A stretch of DNA of 64,000 nt from Lama guanicoe (Eukaryota), in the NCBI GenBank assembly GCA_013239625.1, contig MU053994.1, positions 3,601,589-3,665,588 of the forward strand, read 5' to 3'. The translations under genes and the position numbers were made by a program. Below the pieces are notes generated by a model. That model was given only the letters and a program-made list of their open reading frames with translations. It had not been told where the DNA came from and ran no database searches. Positions 27,301-40,656 of the stretch are shown piece by piece (the stretch's first letter is position 1; the number at the start of each line of letters is the position of its first letter).

Positions 27301-28046
27301 TCCCTTGTTTCTGCATTCCCTCCCTTCCCTGATTAGTAACTGTTTGAATCTGCTCTTTGGAACTCAGGGAAGGTCTAGGAGGCAGAATGAAGCCCATTTC
27401 CTACAAACAAGAAACGGGGGACACAGAAAGGATTTGTACCAGGGAGGACTCCACGGGGTCCTGATCCGTTTCACTAGTGCCTGCTAAATTAGAAGCCTGG
27501 CCCTAAAGCAGCAGCTTTTAAAGTATGCAGGTAAGCCCCTTTTAGGGAAAGCCTGGGAGATGGGTGATTTTACCTGCTCTGTCTGTGATAAGCCCTGGGA
27601 GATAGCCATGGGAGTGTTGTGTCCCCATAAAGAATTGATTTTTTGTTTGCTGTAGTCTTGTGGGTCTCATGGGTCTCGTGGACACAAGCCCTGTTGGCTT
27701 TCAGAGCTAAGTGTTTTGGGAATCTGTTCCTCTTGTCTTAAAATTCTTAAAAGTTGGGACGTTAGACGTGGGGTCTAAACCCTTCACTGTTCAGGGAGAA
27801 GCCAGGAGTTGGTGATTCCCTGGCGATTGTATGGCGCTGAGCTGGAGTGAGGTTTATGGTGACAGTGTGTCTCAGCCTTACCTATCCATTTTTGTGTGAG
27901 TATTTTCTCATTCATTTAATGAAAAGGAATCATTCAGCTAGTTTCTGGATCTCTTTCAGAGGGAATTGCTCCATGAGTAGCTGTGCATCTGATGCACTCG
28001 TGGCAAGTGGGGAGCTCAGGTGCCTCCTATATCACCATCTCAGTTG
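24390..28046 (-). mobile_element. L1 5'UTR plus start of ORF1 (L1M3/L1MA-like) with about three ~400-bp monomers; 3' truncated; interrupted by an ERV
   Basis: Minus strand starts aactgagatggtgatataggaggcacctgagctcccc; repeated unit tgctaaattagaagcctg...gcagcagcttttaaagtatgcag at 25311 and 27482, diverged copy at 24891; ORF1-like KMKKQ...PETDLNKPEISDLP at 24500-24688. Confidence 0.85.
25688..27473 (-). mobile_element. Deleted ERV1-class provirus: full 5' LTR (26929-27473), degenerate PBS, about 1.2 kb internal sequence, 28-bp stub of the 3' LTR (25688-25715)
   Basis: LTR tgttacagaacgcaagttcacgtgc...ctgatccgtttca; second terminus tgttactgaacacaagttcatgtgc; 4-bp TSD ttag/ctag; PBS-like tgcggaagccatcctaggagtc on minus next to the LTR. 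No gag/pol/env recognised. Confidence 0.85.
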
Positions 28047-28539
28047 ATTGCAAATCTATTTCCAAGAGATTTGTAAATAAATATTATTGTACATATATAA
28101 ATATGCAGAAAAAATGAACTTTTATCCCTACCCCACACCATACACAGAATTCAATTCCAGACGGATTAAAAGGGAAATGTACAAAGCAAAGATTAAAAGC
28201 CTTTAACAGAAAATATGGGAGAATATATTTCATGCCTAGGGATATGGAGTGATTTCTTAAACAAGATAAAAAGTTCCAGTTGTAAAAACAATATTGATAA
28301 ATTTGTCTGCCTTCAAATTAAGAACTTATGTTTATCAAATGACAGGTAAAAAGCAAATGAAAAATAAGCTACAGATTAGTAAGATATCTGCAAATAGAAA
28401 ACTGACAAAGATTTAGTATCCCAAATATATGAAGAACTCCTAAACCAATAAGAAAAGACAACAACCCATTGGGAAAATGGGCAAAAGATATTACTTAGCA
28501 TTTTATAAAGAGAAAGAAACACAATGGACAAATGGTCAC

Positions 28540-28950
28540 TGTCTTAGGTTGGGTTCTCTAGAAACCTGAGACAGGGTTTTTCAGCAAAAAGTTCCCTAAG
28601 GAGAAACCTATAAGGAAGTGAGGGAAGCAAGATAGAGCAGGGGAAGAAGCTAAACAGAGATGGGTTTCAGCCTGATCCTGTGTGGGAACTCAAGGGTGTG
28701 GATGGCACCACAAATTTGTCTCACCTGAGTAGAAGAAACTGGGCCTTTGTATTTCTTTATCAACCAGTCATTGGCTGTGGTCTGCCCTAGGCTTTTTTCA
28801 GGTGAGGGGACTCCCACTGGCCAAGTGCATTTGTCCAGAGAAGAGCAAAGATGTGAGACATCAGCAGCCAATCTAGCAGCATTGGGAGGGGAAACATGCA
28901 CTGGCCTAATAAGGGGCATCTTGGTGGGGTACCAATAGTACCTATTACAA
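28540..28950 (-). mobile_element. LTR16-family ERVL LTR
   Basis: Starts tgtcttaggttgggttctctagaaacctgagacaggg...ggaagtgagggaagcaagatagagcaggggaagaagct. Confidence 0.75.
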
Positions 28951-29089
28951 TCACTCTCCTTAGTAGTCAGGGAAATGGAAATTGTGACTGAAATGAAATA
29001 TGATTTAGAGCATGTTGTAGTGTATACAGAAGTCAAAATATAATATTGTACACATGAAACTTACATAATGTTAAAAAAACCCACAAGAT

Positions 29090-29830
29090 TTATTTATTTA
29101 TTTTTAGCTTACTGAGGTATGATATAGGCTGAATTGTGTCCCTCAAAATTCTTATGCTGAAGACCTAATCCCCTATGTGACTGTATTTGGAGATAGAGTC
29201 TATAAGGAAATAATTAAGGTAAAATGAGGTCATGAGAGTGGGGCCCCCATCTGATAGGACTTATTTCCTTAAGAAGGGGAGGAGATGCCAGAGCGTGCAC
29301 TCTCTCTCTCTCTCTCTCCTCACACATACAGAGGAAAGGCCACGTGAGGACACAGTGAGAAGACAGCCCTCTGCAAGCCAGGAAGAGAGCCTTCACCAGA
29401 AACCAACCTTGATGGCAGTATGAACTTGGACTTGTAGTCATCAGAACTGTGAGAGAACAAATGTTGCTTAGGCACCCAGTCTGAGGTATTTTGTTGTGGT
29501 AGCCTGAGCTGGCGAATACCAGGTATACTTTACATACAATAGAATTCACTCATTTTAAGTGCACAATCTGATAAATTGCATTCATTCGTGTAATGTCCAC
29601 CACAACCAAAATGTAAACCATTTCTATCCTAAAAATTTTCTTCATGCCCTTTTTTCAGTTGATACCCTCCCGTCCCCAGGCAACCGCTGATCTGTTTCCT
29701 GTCACTATAGTTTTGAATCTTCTGGAGTTTCATACAAAGGGAGTCATATAGTACTTAGTCTTTTATGTTTGACTTCTTTCACTAAGCGTACTGTTTTGGA
29801 GATTCACCCATGTTATTTGTATATTAATAC
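29090..29830 (-). mobile_element. L1 3' end (L1MB/ME-like) hosting an MLT1 LTR
   Basis: T-rich tail then cagcttactgaggta-type start, resuming tactttacatacaatagaattcactcattttaagtg; ccccaggcaaccgctgatctgtttcctgtcactatag. Confidence 0.8.
29120..29520 (+). mobile_element. MaLR solo LTR (MLT1A-like)
   Basis: tgatataggctgaattgtgtccctcaaaattc...agcctgagctggcgaatac; perfect 5-bp TSD aggta (29115-29119 / 29521-29525). Confidence 0.92.
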
Positions 29831-31033
29831 AAAATATGATTTTATACCCCCTATATTTGTAAAAATAATGCCATGTGACAATATCAAGTGCTGGAAAGGA
29901 TTGGATCAATGGACACTGACATATTGTTGGTGGATTGCAAAATGTTGCAACCATTTGTGAAAAAAATTTGGCATTTATACTGTAAAATTAAACAAACGCT
30001 TACTCTATAAGCTAGGAATTCCTCTTATGTAAATATCCTAAATAAATTCTTTCCTATGTGCTCCAGGATATATATACACATGAAAAAACCCCCTAAACCT
30101 CCAAATGTGTATTCACAGAAGAACAGATTAAAGTCTGTTATATGTATAAAATATAATATGCTGCAATAAAAATGAATGAGCTGTATCTCCCAGCAACAAT
30201 ATTAATTATTTTTAGAGGCATAATCTTAGGTGAAAAAATTAACTTCCAAAAGATTATATGCAGGTATACAAAGCTTTTTAGTACTCAAACCAAGAAAACT
30301 CAGTAACATAGTGTTTAAGTGCACATATATAGTTGATAAAATTATAAAAACAGGAATAGAATGATGAGCACAAAAGTTAGGGTAGTAAATACTCCTGGTA
30401 GGGAGGTAGGAAAATTGATTAGGGAAGAAAACATAGGTAGATGCATGTTATTTACAATGTTATAGTGCTTAGGTAGTGATTTCACTGATTTTTAAATTAT
30501 ATTCCTATGCTTTATAATAAATTTCTTTAAATGTTTTATTTACTCTTTCCCATGTGTAAAATATACACAAATATAAAGGATGACAAAATATTTAAAATTA
30601 ACCATTTACAAATTGGAAGTCATTCTTTCCAAGTGAGCCATTTGATTTGATCATAGATTTTTATCTAGATTACTTGAGTAATCCACCATTTCCTCAAGTT
30701 CTTTATTCATAGTAATTCCTGTGTTATATTCATTTTCTTTCTGGAAAAAATCCCAAAGGAAACTTTTGATCATTTTAGCATAGCAGTTTCTCCTCAAAAA
30801 ATGTTAGTCACATGAAACTGCCAAAAGATTTAAACAGTCCCCAACAAAGCACTTTTCACCCAAATAAACTCTTTTAGACTATGTCATCCTTATATAATAG
30901 TTTATTTAAAAAATACAGCTTTATTTTATTTCCATAGGTCTGTCAGGTTCTGTAAGGTATTAGTTCAAGTTGCCTGGGAAGATTAAATAATCTGATAAAG
31001 GAAACTCTAAATTAAAAGATGACCCCATGCAGA

Positions 31034-31733
31034 ATGTAGTTTGGTGCTGCAATTATGGAAAACAATATGGAGAGTCCTTAAAAAACTAAAAATAGACGTA
31101 CCATATGATCCAGCAACCTCACTCCTGGGCATATATCCAGAGGAAACTAATCAGAAAAGGTACATGCATGCCAATGTTCATAGCAGCACTATTTACAATA
31201 GCCAAGACATGAAAGCAACCTAAATGTCCATCAACAGGTGATTCGATAAAGAAGTTGTGGTATATATACATATGAAATGGAATAGTGTTCAGCCACAAAA
31301 AATAATGAAATAACGCCATTTGCAGCAACATGCATGGACCTAGAGATTATCATACTAAGTGAAGTAAATCAGAAAAGAAAGAAAAATACCATATTATATC
31401 ACTTATATGTGAAATCTAAAAAATTACACAAATGAATTTATTTACAAACAGAAATAGACTCACAGACATAGAAAACAAACTTATGGCTACTAGGGGAGAC
31501 AGGGGTGGTGGAGGGATAAATTGAGAGTTCGGGATCTGCAGATGCTAACTACTATATATAAAATAGATAAAGAACAAGGTCCTACTGTACAGCACAGGGA
31601 ACTATATTCAGTATCTTATAATAGCCTATAATGAAAAAGAGTATGAAATGGAATATATATGTATAACTGAATCTCTATGCTATATACCAGAAATTAACAC
31701 AACATTGTAAGCCAACTATACTTCAATAAAAAA
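31034..31733 (+). mobile_element. Relatively young 5'-truncated L1 (artiodactyl-type 3'UTR)
   Basis: ORF2 C-terminus ([29 protein letters not shown]), 3'UTR, aataaa plus poly(A); imperfect TSD aaaagatgaccccatgcaga / aaaagatgactcatacaga. Confidence 0.95.
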
Positions 31734-33321
31734 AAAAGATGACTCATACAGACCAGTGATGATGACTTGTGAAGAAAGCCTTCTATGTCCTCCTTTTCCT
31801 GCCTTTGGATATAGCAGTCCTTTTCTCTCCAATTTGGACATTCTGGGAAATAATTTTCCAATAAGTACCTTCTCTTATGAAAATCTATTGAGATATTTTT
31901 GGGTTTTCCCCTTTGACACTCAAGCTGCTAATCTCTGCTGAAGTAAGCGATACAACCTTGGGGACAATATCACAGACAGTAATGGTCTCTAACTGCAGCT
32001 GGCCTACACTCCCCAGGCCTATCCATCTGCCCTAGCTCTGCTCTTCTACTTTCAACAGATGAAATGAACCTACAACTCCACAGAGAAAAGATACAGGCGT
32101 AAGGTCCTTCAGGTTAACACTTCATCTCTCTAAATGTAGGACTTTCCAGTTTTTATCTCACTTTAGCTCTCTGTAGCATTTACTACTACTGACCATACTG
32201 GACAGGCAACTTATATAAGTACGGTGCACAAGTGTAAGTTTATAGGGAAGATGGGGGCTGCATGAACTGAAGACCTAATTTTTGCTGTGTAATCATGTGT
32301 ACTGAGATCTTCTGGGCTTTCAAAAGAAACTGGAGTTACAGATGTGAACTGGATACGGAAGCCCAGAAACACTATCCCTAGCAACCTCCCCTCGGATGGA
32401 AACTTCATCTCTTTCTTCCCTGATGAATTGTGGTATCTTAGGGATGGTGGGAGAAGTCTTCTAAGTTGGAGATCAGATGCATTTTCTTGTAGAAATGATG
32501 ATGCTCAGTTACAGTTGAAATAGGACTCTAAGTGCAGTATAATCCTTCCGGTACAGTAAGGGTTAAATAGACAGCTCTGCTTTTGCTTGGGAATCCAAAC
32601 AATGCTTTATGACCTTGCTTCTAAGAGAGGATGCACTCAGAGTTCCAAATAATTGACTTATAAACAAACACATCCAGTGCTTGTGTTGGGAACTGCCTGT
32701 TCTAGAAGCTAAGAATTTTGTTTTTAAAAAGTGGCTTTTCCTCTTCTTTCCTTAAGTTGGCCATACTTTTCTGATTCTTGTGTCATGTGTTTTATTACAT
32801 TAATTAAAATAATTTTCTCTGAAATTATACCAGAACATCTGTCCATCCATTCATCAATGTGTCCATCCACTTCCTTGAATAATATGCTCATTTTGAATAT
32901 GCCATTGATATCATATTTTTAAAGCATCTCTATTTTTGAACTGTCCTTCTCCTACTTGCTAAGGACTTTTTGTCTGTATTGATTGTATATAGTTTTAATG
33001 TATGGAAGCTAAATGGAAAGTTCCTTTGGTCTGTAAACTTCTCTACTAAATGGTATGGTCTTCCAGGGTAGGACTAAGTCTAGTCATCTTTGTACCCTCT
33101 TTGCTTACCATAGGTCCTGGATGGTAAGTGATAAAGAACTCTTTCTTGCACGGAACTGAAACACTGTAGTTCTGATCCATCTTGAATTATGTTAGCATAG
33201 CTCTTGGCAATGAGGAACTTACCTCATGGTAACTGTCTTTCCTAGCTACTGAGATTAATCAGGTTAAAATCTAGATTATGTGACTAATGTTTTCAGGAAT
33301 AAAGACATTATTTTATATCTT

Positions 33322-33728
33322 TGTGGTAGAGATTAGCTTGTTCATCAAAGCTACTTCATCTTCTTGGGCTCACAGCTAGAATCCATTTCCCAAGATCTTT
33401 TGGAGTGAGAGGTGGCTCAAGTTCTAGGCAATGAAAGGTTAATTGAAGTGAGCGTGCCACTTCCAGGGCTGGCCCACAAACACTTCCCATGTATAATTTC
33501 TGTGCTCTTTCCCTGTTTGTTGGATGAGTGTGGAGGCCTCTGAGGCCCAGAAGGAAGTGGAGACCCAAGATGGAAGTAGCTTAGGTCCTTGAGTGACCAT
33601 GTGGGAAGCCATCCAATCAGACACACCCATTTTGGACTTCATATGAACAAGAAATAAACTACTGTGTTGAATCACTGAGATTACAGGCTTCATCTGTTTT
33701 AGCAGCTAGCATCATGCTAACTAATACA
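33322..33728 (+). mobile_element. MaLR solo LTR (MLT1I/J-like)
   Basis: tgtggtagag...ccatttcccaag...agaaataaact...ctaactaataca. Confidence 0.85.
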
Positions 33729-33753
33729 ATTCTCCTTAAGCGTACTTGAGAAC

Positions 33754-34586
33754 TGTTTTGTCCTTTGTATATGTAGGTGATGGTTGTATTCCTACAGCAA
33801 ATCTCTGATACCAACTGGATGTTCTACAATTCAATTCAATTCTGACATTAACTCGTGGAGTTAGCCCTGATCCTACAGGGTAAGGGGCTCAGTCCTACAA
33901 GGTTTCTCCTACTTCACTGCCAGCCACAAATTTTGGATGTTCCCAAACCACCAGTACTTCTGCCTGGTCGGCTACAAACTTGGGGTTTCCCATGACTATT
34001 CCTCCCTTCAGGTTCAACAATTCATGAGAATGACTCACAGAACTCACTGAAAGTGCTATACTTAACGATTACAGTTTTATAATAGAGAATACAATTTAGG
34101 AACAGCCAAATGGAAGAGGTGAATAGGCTAAGGTCTAGGGGGTTCAGGCGGCATAGTGCTTCTATGCCCTCTCCTCGTGCAATCAGGGCACACCACCTTC
34201 TAAGAACATCCATGTGTTCACCAACTTGGAAGCTCTACTGTGCCTCAGGGTTTTTATCGAGATTTCAGTACGGAGCATAACAGATTAAATCACTGGTCAG
34301 ATTATTGAATCCAATCTCTAGGCCCCCTCCTTTCCCTAGAAGTGGGGTGGGGTGGGCTGAAAGTTCCAACCCTCTAATCACGCTTGGTCTTTCTGGTGAC
34401 CAGTGCCATCCGGAAGCTATCTAGGGGACTCACCATCAGTCACTTCATTAGCATAAACTGAGGTATGAATGAAAGGGGCTCCTTAGGTATAACAAAAGAC
34501 ACCCCTTTCAGGAAATTCCAAGGATTTCTGAAGCTCTGTGCCAGAGATGGAGGACAAACACCAGATATATTCTTTATTATATCACA
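33754..34586 (-). mobile_element. MER21-family LTR
   Basis: ctacaattcaattcaattctgaca, gactcacagaactcactgaaagtgctatact, ggctgaaagttccaaccctctaatcac, ending tttattatatcaca. Confidence 0.88.
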
Positions 34587-34899
34587 ATGGTAAATGCCAA
34601 AGGTCAAAATTCTGAGTATAAAAAAATGTATTGTTTGAGCTTATTGACAGAAGTAAGTCTCTGGACTGAGGCTTGCCCACTAGATCTTTCCTCCCCAAGC
34701 TCTAAAATTTTCTCCTACATCCTGCATCTTTTTAGTTCCTCACCCCTATTACAGCTCTAACATACACACGCTTTCAAGTTAAGTTAGAAAGAAAGTTCAC
34801 ACTCATATTTGAGTGACCAACAGCCCGTTTAACTATTTTGACTTCACTATTACTCTGTATCATTTTGTATCTAGAATTCCACTATGTTGATAATTAATT

Positions 34900-35800
34900 T
34901 TTTAATAACATTTATTTTATTTCTGATTATAAAATATATATGTGCTAATAAAAGTATTGTACTGAGAGATAACTACTATTAGCATTATAGTGTATTTGTT
35001 TATAGTTTTTTATATGCAGATATTTGCAGATAATTTTTTTCTCCTTACACACTTTGAATTATATTGCATATTGGGGTTGGTAATGTGTTTTTCACTTGCC
35101 TTTATATCATAAGCATTTCTTATGTCATTCAATGTTCTTTGAAAACATCACTTTTATGGCAATAAAAAGTGTATATGGTTACTTATATGTTACATCTATA
35201 GATGCATCATAATTTACTTAAACATTTCCAGGTGGTCTGAATATTTTGGGTTTTATGATTTTAGTGTTATAAATAGTATTGTGATGACCATCTTGTTACA
35301 TAAATCATTATGTGTATCTTTGATTATTTCTTTAGGATAGATTTTTAGATGCCCCCATTCCTTTTAAATATAAAATTTTAATATATTTTGGGTTATTTGC
35401 ATTTTTAACAAGATGCATCTTTTTGAAGAACAATAAGAATGAAAACACTTTTATATCTTTATATCTTTTAACCTGGCTATCCCCCCAATTGGGAAGCAAT
35501 CTCAGTGAAATTAAAAAATGAAATTTGTCCAAAGATGTTTCTAGCACTGTTAATTCATAATAGTGAATCATAGAAAACTAGGCAAATATTTCAGACTAGA
35601 TGTATGGACACATGAGCATGATACATAGATGGAGAAAATGATATGAGTATGTTGCTACTTGGAAATATGTATACAAAACAATGTTAAGTGAAAAAAAGGA
35701 CAAAGAATAGGATGTATATACTGGTTACAACTAAATAGAAAAATATACTCCAGTATACTGAAAAAAATTGGGAGAGAATTTAGAGTAACATCAGAATTGG
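34900..35800. mobile_element. Ancient L1ME 3' fragments (minus about 34900-35410, plus about 35420-35800)
   Basis: gatgcatcataatttacttaaacatttcc (antisense) and aatgttaagtgaaaaaaaggac (sense) L1ME 3'UTR phrases. Confidence 0.6.
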
Positions 35801-36339
35801 TGATTTAAGCTTGTGGGAGTCTTTTCTGTCAGCTTATTTAAATGTTGTGCCAGTTTGACTTTTAAACTCACTCACTCAAGTCACCTCCGGAAAAGGGGAA
35901 TTTATTGTTTGGATGTACACATGCTAGAAATAAAGAGCAGAAAGACATCAGCAATTGATATGGTTCTAGAAATGAGCCTCTCTTTCTCTCTCAGTTCTTT
36001 CCTCTCTGCATAATCTTTGCTTCACATAAAGACCTGCCTTGACTTGACCGTGACTGGCTCTTGCCCTCCTATTGACTTTGCTTCTCGTGACCCTGTCAGG
36101 CACTCAGGGCTCTCTGCATCACTCTATGGAGCAAAGAACTATGATTTTCTCTGGGAATTTTGGCTCAAAGGCTGGGGATTTTGGGTGAACTAACCCAACA
36201 GGGCCCTCTGTCTGGTCCTGCCCAACTCACTATACTGATATATGGTATTGTACAATGGCCATTTTGGCTCAGTCTTCTATGGAGCTGCAGGCTATGTGGT
36301 TTTCCTAGAAGTTAGGATGAAGTTTAGCCTAGGAAAATA

Positions 36340-36360
36340 TGTGTGTGTGTGTGTGTGTGT
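36340..36360. repeat. (TG)n microsatellite
   Basis: Directly visible. Confidence 0.95.
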
Positions 36361-39171
36361 TTATTTGTGTTTTAAGTAAATGAATCTCTAGGTGCTTGAA
36401 GTTCAGATAATATAAGGAAGATATGTAGGGTGAGACTTTCCCATGGACCATCAAACTGTTCAACTGACTTGTTATTCTATCATAAATGAGTACAAAATCA
36501 ATTCTCCTCTAAATTCTACAAGGGTGTTAATGACTGAGGGACGTTACCTCAACAGGTCCTCTTTGGGATAAGATGCTAAGGTGGGGGATGGTAAGAAACA
36601 TCTGGGACACAGAGAAAGATAGGAATATCAAGAGTAGATTCCAGTTTTTCTCCATACAAAGAAACTCACTTTCCAGCAAGTGATTTACAGCTTGTTAGCC
36701 TCCTGTTGTAACTAAACTAAGTAGCCCTGAACAGGTTTCTACACCTTTAAAAATTCTCAACAGTGTGGAAAAGGTCTGTGTTTCCATTTTATGGCTTTAC
36801 CATCCTGTGGTTTCAAATTTGCCCTGGTGGTCAAGGGGCTGGCAGAGAGTGGAAAAAGAAAGCATTGGAAGATCATAAGCACTTAATCACTCGAATCTGG
36901 AAATGATGAGAATCAATTCCACTTACGTTCCATTGGCAAGAATCAATCACAAGGCCCCAACTAGATGCCAGATGTGGGGGTACTGGTTAATGTAGTCCAT
37001 CTGGATAGCCACTCTTACACACCAACTCTACAACGTAAAAGACATGGGTAGATTTTTATTGGTCAGCGAGCTGTCTCTGTTATACTCTCTCAACTTGTTT
37101 TCTGGTCTCTTCTAACTCCTTAATTAAATTTAGCCCATGCTTTGGTAATTAATTAAGCAGCTCTAATCATATTAGTTAATTGCTCAAGAACAAAACCAAA
37201 AAATATCTATGGCTCCCCATTGTCTTTCAAATTAAGTTCCAGCTCCTCACCTTGGTACTCAAGCCCCCAAACAACACAATCCCATCCTACTTCTTTGGCC
37301 TCATCTTCCAATACTTTCTTACCTTTTTTCCCCCAAGTATTTCAGGGAAAATGTGCTACTTGCTATTCTTAAAACACAAGGTCTTTGTTTTATCCTATGT
37401 TTCCATCTGGTCCTCTACCCACCTCACCATTCTGCCCATCATGTGAGGTATACATTTTAAATAAATTCAGCATATTTTTGTCATTTTATGCCTTTCTGAG
37501 TCCACTAGTGAGGGCAGCCCCTGAATTCTAAACTGTCAGTGTCAAAAATTATGTCCCTGTTGAACATTACAGCACTTGGCAGCAGCAGGAGGCTGTGCCC
37601 GCCAGCCTCAGGAACCAGGTCTTTCATTGACATGTTACAATTAACACCCATGGAGACAGCAGCTTACACACATTCTACTGTGTGTAACTACCAGTTTAGA
37701 GTGTTGCCATGAAGTCATTTCCTAGAGTATAATGCCTACCAGACAGAAGTCAGAATGTTACCATCTTTATAAAGCAAAATTTAGGATGTTTCCTGATGAA
37801 TACAAAGTTTCATGAGAATAAGAGGACAAATAAACACACCAATTTGAAGCAAAAGGCCATACATGCAGAACACAAACGACAATGAAATAAAGCAGCAGAA
37901 CATTAGATGAAGACTTCAGAAGAGATGTCTCTAAATTTATCAACCTAAGATTCCCAGTGCCAGAAAGGTAATTTAGCTGCTGACACTTGGCTGTCTTCAT
38001 GCTTAGTAACTCAGTTTATCAGGTTTTCCCTGAGGTTTTTGGTTTTGAATATTCTATAGCATTGCCCCCAGGCATACACTCAAACTCATCAGTCTATGCA
38101 CACCTATCTTTCCTGTAGTCCCCATTTCCTTCCACTGGAATGACCTCTCCACTCCTCTCTGAGAATCTCAGTCTTTCTCCTACTAAAGACAGAGACCTTA
38201 CCTCTGTTAGCTGTCTTTTCAACATTCACTCTGAATCCCTTCTGACTTGGCAGGTTCTCAGGACCTGCTCATTTTCATAATAGGTAAGATTCCTAGACTC
38301 CTGCCTAATATTCAGTTGTTAGGTCAAAATGAATGTTAAAAATGAACATATAAAAATTAAATTCTTAGTCTCCAAGACATGAAGAACCAGAACTGATATC
38401 CAGCCTCTGTAAACTAAATTGTTAAGTGACAAAATACTTTGGCAGTGTCCCTCCCCCATCCATTCTTCAACCATTCATCCATCTAATATTTATTGCGTGC
38501 TTACTCTGTGTAACCATTGTACCAGATGCTTCTGCTAAAGTCCTTCAATAAAAGAAACAGGAAGTTTCTCACTCAGCATTTACTCTAACCACGTCCTTTT
38601 CCAAACTCCTGGGTATTTTTTGAGCTGTTCTGTTTTGTTTTCAGGGCTGATGGGTGGTCTGCAGCTTATATGAATGGATACCTGAGAGGGAAAAGAATAA
38701 GGGAGTTAGAGAGAAATTGCTAGCTAAATGGCTGGAATAAAAGCAAAGAGTTCAGTTCCTACTCATGCATTCCAAAATTGTTTGTTGAGTTGCTACCACA
38801 AGTAAAACAATATGGTAGACTTTTTGAGTGATATGATGAATGAATTTTTATACTTCTTAAGGATTTTTATACTTATTGAGCTTATTTTCTATAAGATAGT
38901 AAAAGAAGGACATAAGTAATTAAGGTAGCCTTTAAATGAACACAGAAGGAACAGTACAAGGGGTTTGGTATTTAGAGGTAAGAATGATCATCTCTGATTG
39001 GAGCTAATCAGGAAAGTATCCTTGGAGGAAGAATCTTTTGAGCTTAGGATTTGGAGGACAGGTAGAACTTCAAGAGAGAAAGAGAAAATATCCAGGCAGA
39101 GGGACCAGCATGGACAAATGTATGGAAACAGGGAAATAAAAAGGCATATTAGGGAATACTTAAAGGCAGAT

Positions 39172-39630
39172 TTTGGAAAACTGTTGTGTTGGTTTTTTCT
39201 CTATATTATTCTCAATTTTATCTCCATTTTGTTTTTTGCTTTTCTCTTTCCTGCTCTGTGCCTAGGGAGGCTGAACCTGAAACTTCTCTCCAAAGCTCAA
39301 TGGGAGGCAGGAGCAGGAGATTGGCAGGAAAGAAGAGAGCTTAGGGCATTTCTCCTTACTCTTTTCTTGTTTTTGGTGCAATATATCTGCACATCTTCTC
39401 AATCCCACCAGGCAGCCATTCTCCCGTGGCTCCAGCTCTCAGTAGGCTCTGGTAGTACTATACCCTCCCTTTGTCCCTCCAGCCTTATGGATGCTAATAG
39501 CTTCCCATTGTTTCTAGTCTCTGCCTTAACATCCATTGTTAGTGCCCTTGACATGAACCACACATCTGTAACTAATCCCTTCATTAAGGAATCATCTGGA
39601 TGAATTCTGTCTCTGATAAAGCCACAAATA
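39172..39630 (+). mobile_element. LTR33-like ERVL LTR
   Basis: cctgctctgtgcctagggaggctgaacc, ccctccctttgtccctccagcctta, tgtaactaatcccttcattaa resemble LTR33. Confidence 0.7.
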
Positions 39631-40310
39631 CTGAGCTAAGATTTGATACATCACCTTATCCACTGCATCTTAAATCCTGAGTACATCTTGACACTATTAA
39701 TGGAGTTTCCACTCTCAAAGTCAACCTGGAGTCATGCTGGACTCTCCTTTTCCATCATCTTTCACCTTGAATAATTTGTTTCATTTTGGAGATTCACCTT
39801 CATGATGCCTCTTGAATTTTTCTTCTTTTCATTTCCACAACTACTGCCTTAGTTCAGGTCTTGATTGCCTCTGATCTGTGACAATGCAAAAGCTTCCTAA
39901 CTTCTTTGTTTCCAGTTTCTTCTCTCCAAACCTCCCTTGTACCACCACTTAGACTAACAGCTTTGCCTGTTCTACATCCATGATCAAAAACCTTCAATAT
40001 CCTTTAAAGCAAGTAAAATGCTCCAAATCTATTAGACAATGTAGAGAGAATGAAGTATAAACTTCCCAGTTTAACCTTCAATGTCCCTTATTAAATGGGC
40101 CCTCCCAACTTTTCCCAGCTCATCTCTCAGTACTTTCCTTCTGTCTAATTATCCTAACTAGAATCTTTGCAGTTCCTTGAAATGCATACCCCTAATTTGC
40201 TCCCACCCTAAGATCTTTCCTAACGTGGCCCTCTTTCCCTTAATGACCTTTTACTTAACTCCACCTGTCAAAATCCTATTTATCGTATAATATTTTGTAC
40301 AAATGATGGA

Positions 40311-40656
40311 TGTCTTAGTCCATTTGGGCTGCTACCACAGAAATATCACAGACTGGGTGACTTATAAACAACAAGACGTTATTTCTCACAGTTCTGGAGG
40401 CTGATAACAGATGTTTTTAATTTGGTGAGGGCCCTTTTCTGGTTCATAGATGGCCATCTTTCCACCATAACCTTATGTGGCAGAAGGGGTAAGGGATGTC
40501 CCTGGGGTCTCTTTTATAAAAGCAGTAATCTCATTCATGAGGTCTCCACCCTCATGACCTAATCACCTCCCAAAGTCAGCACCTCCTATGGCCATCACCT
40601 CGGAGGTTAGGATTTCAACATGAATTTGGAAGGAAAAGAAACATTCATCCATAGAA
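40311..40656 (-). mobile_element. MaLR solo LTR (MLT1A0-like)
   Basis: tgtcttagtccatttgggctgctaccacag...acattcatccatagaa; TSD atgga/acgga. Confidence 0.92.

Larger units (their letters stand above)
21300..30600 (+). mobile_element. Ancient long L1 (L1MD/ME-like) fragmented by nested insertions; own segments about 21300-23199, 23644-24389, 28047-28539, 29830-30600
   Basis: Colinear L1 landmarks: ORF1-like gagtgccagaaggagagaa and atcttcaaagtgttcaaagaaaa, ORF2 aattacagaccaatctcat...gcaaaaatcct, aacccattgggaaaatgggcaaaaga, then 3'UTR. Confidence 0.85.

Noticed and set aside
38998..39603. 201-aa ORF, the longest in the track
   Set aside because: Non-ATG start, runs across an L2/LTR33 boundary, no recognisable protein.
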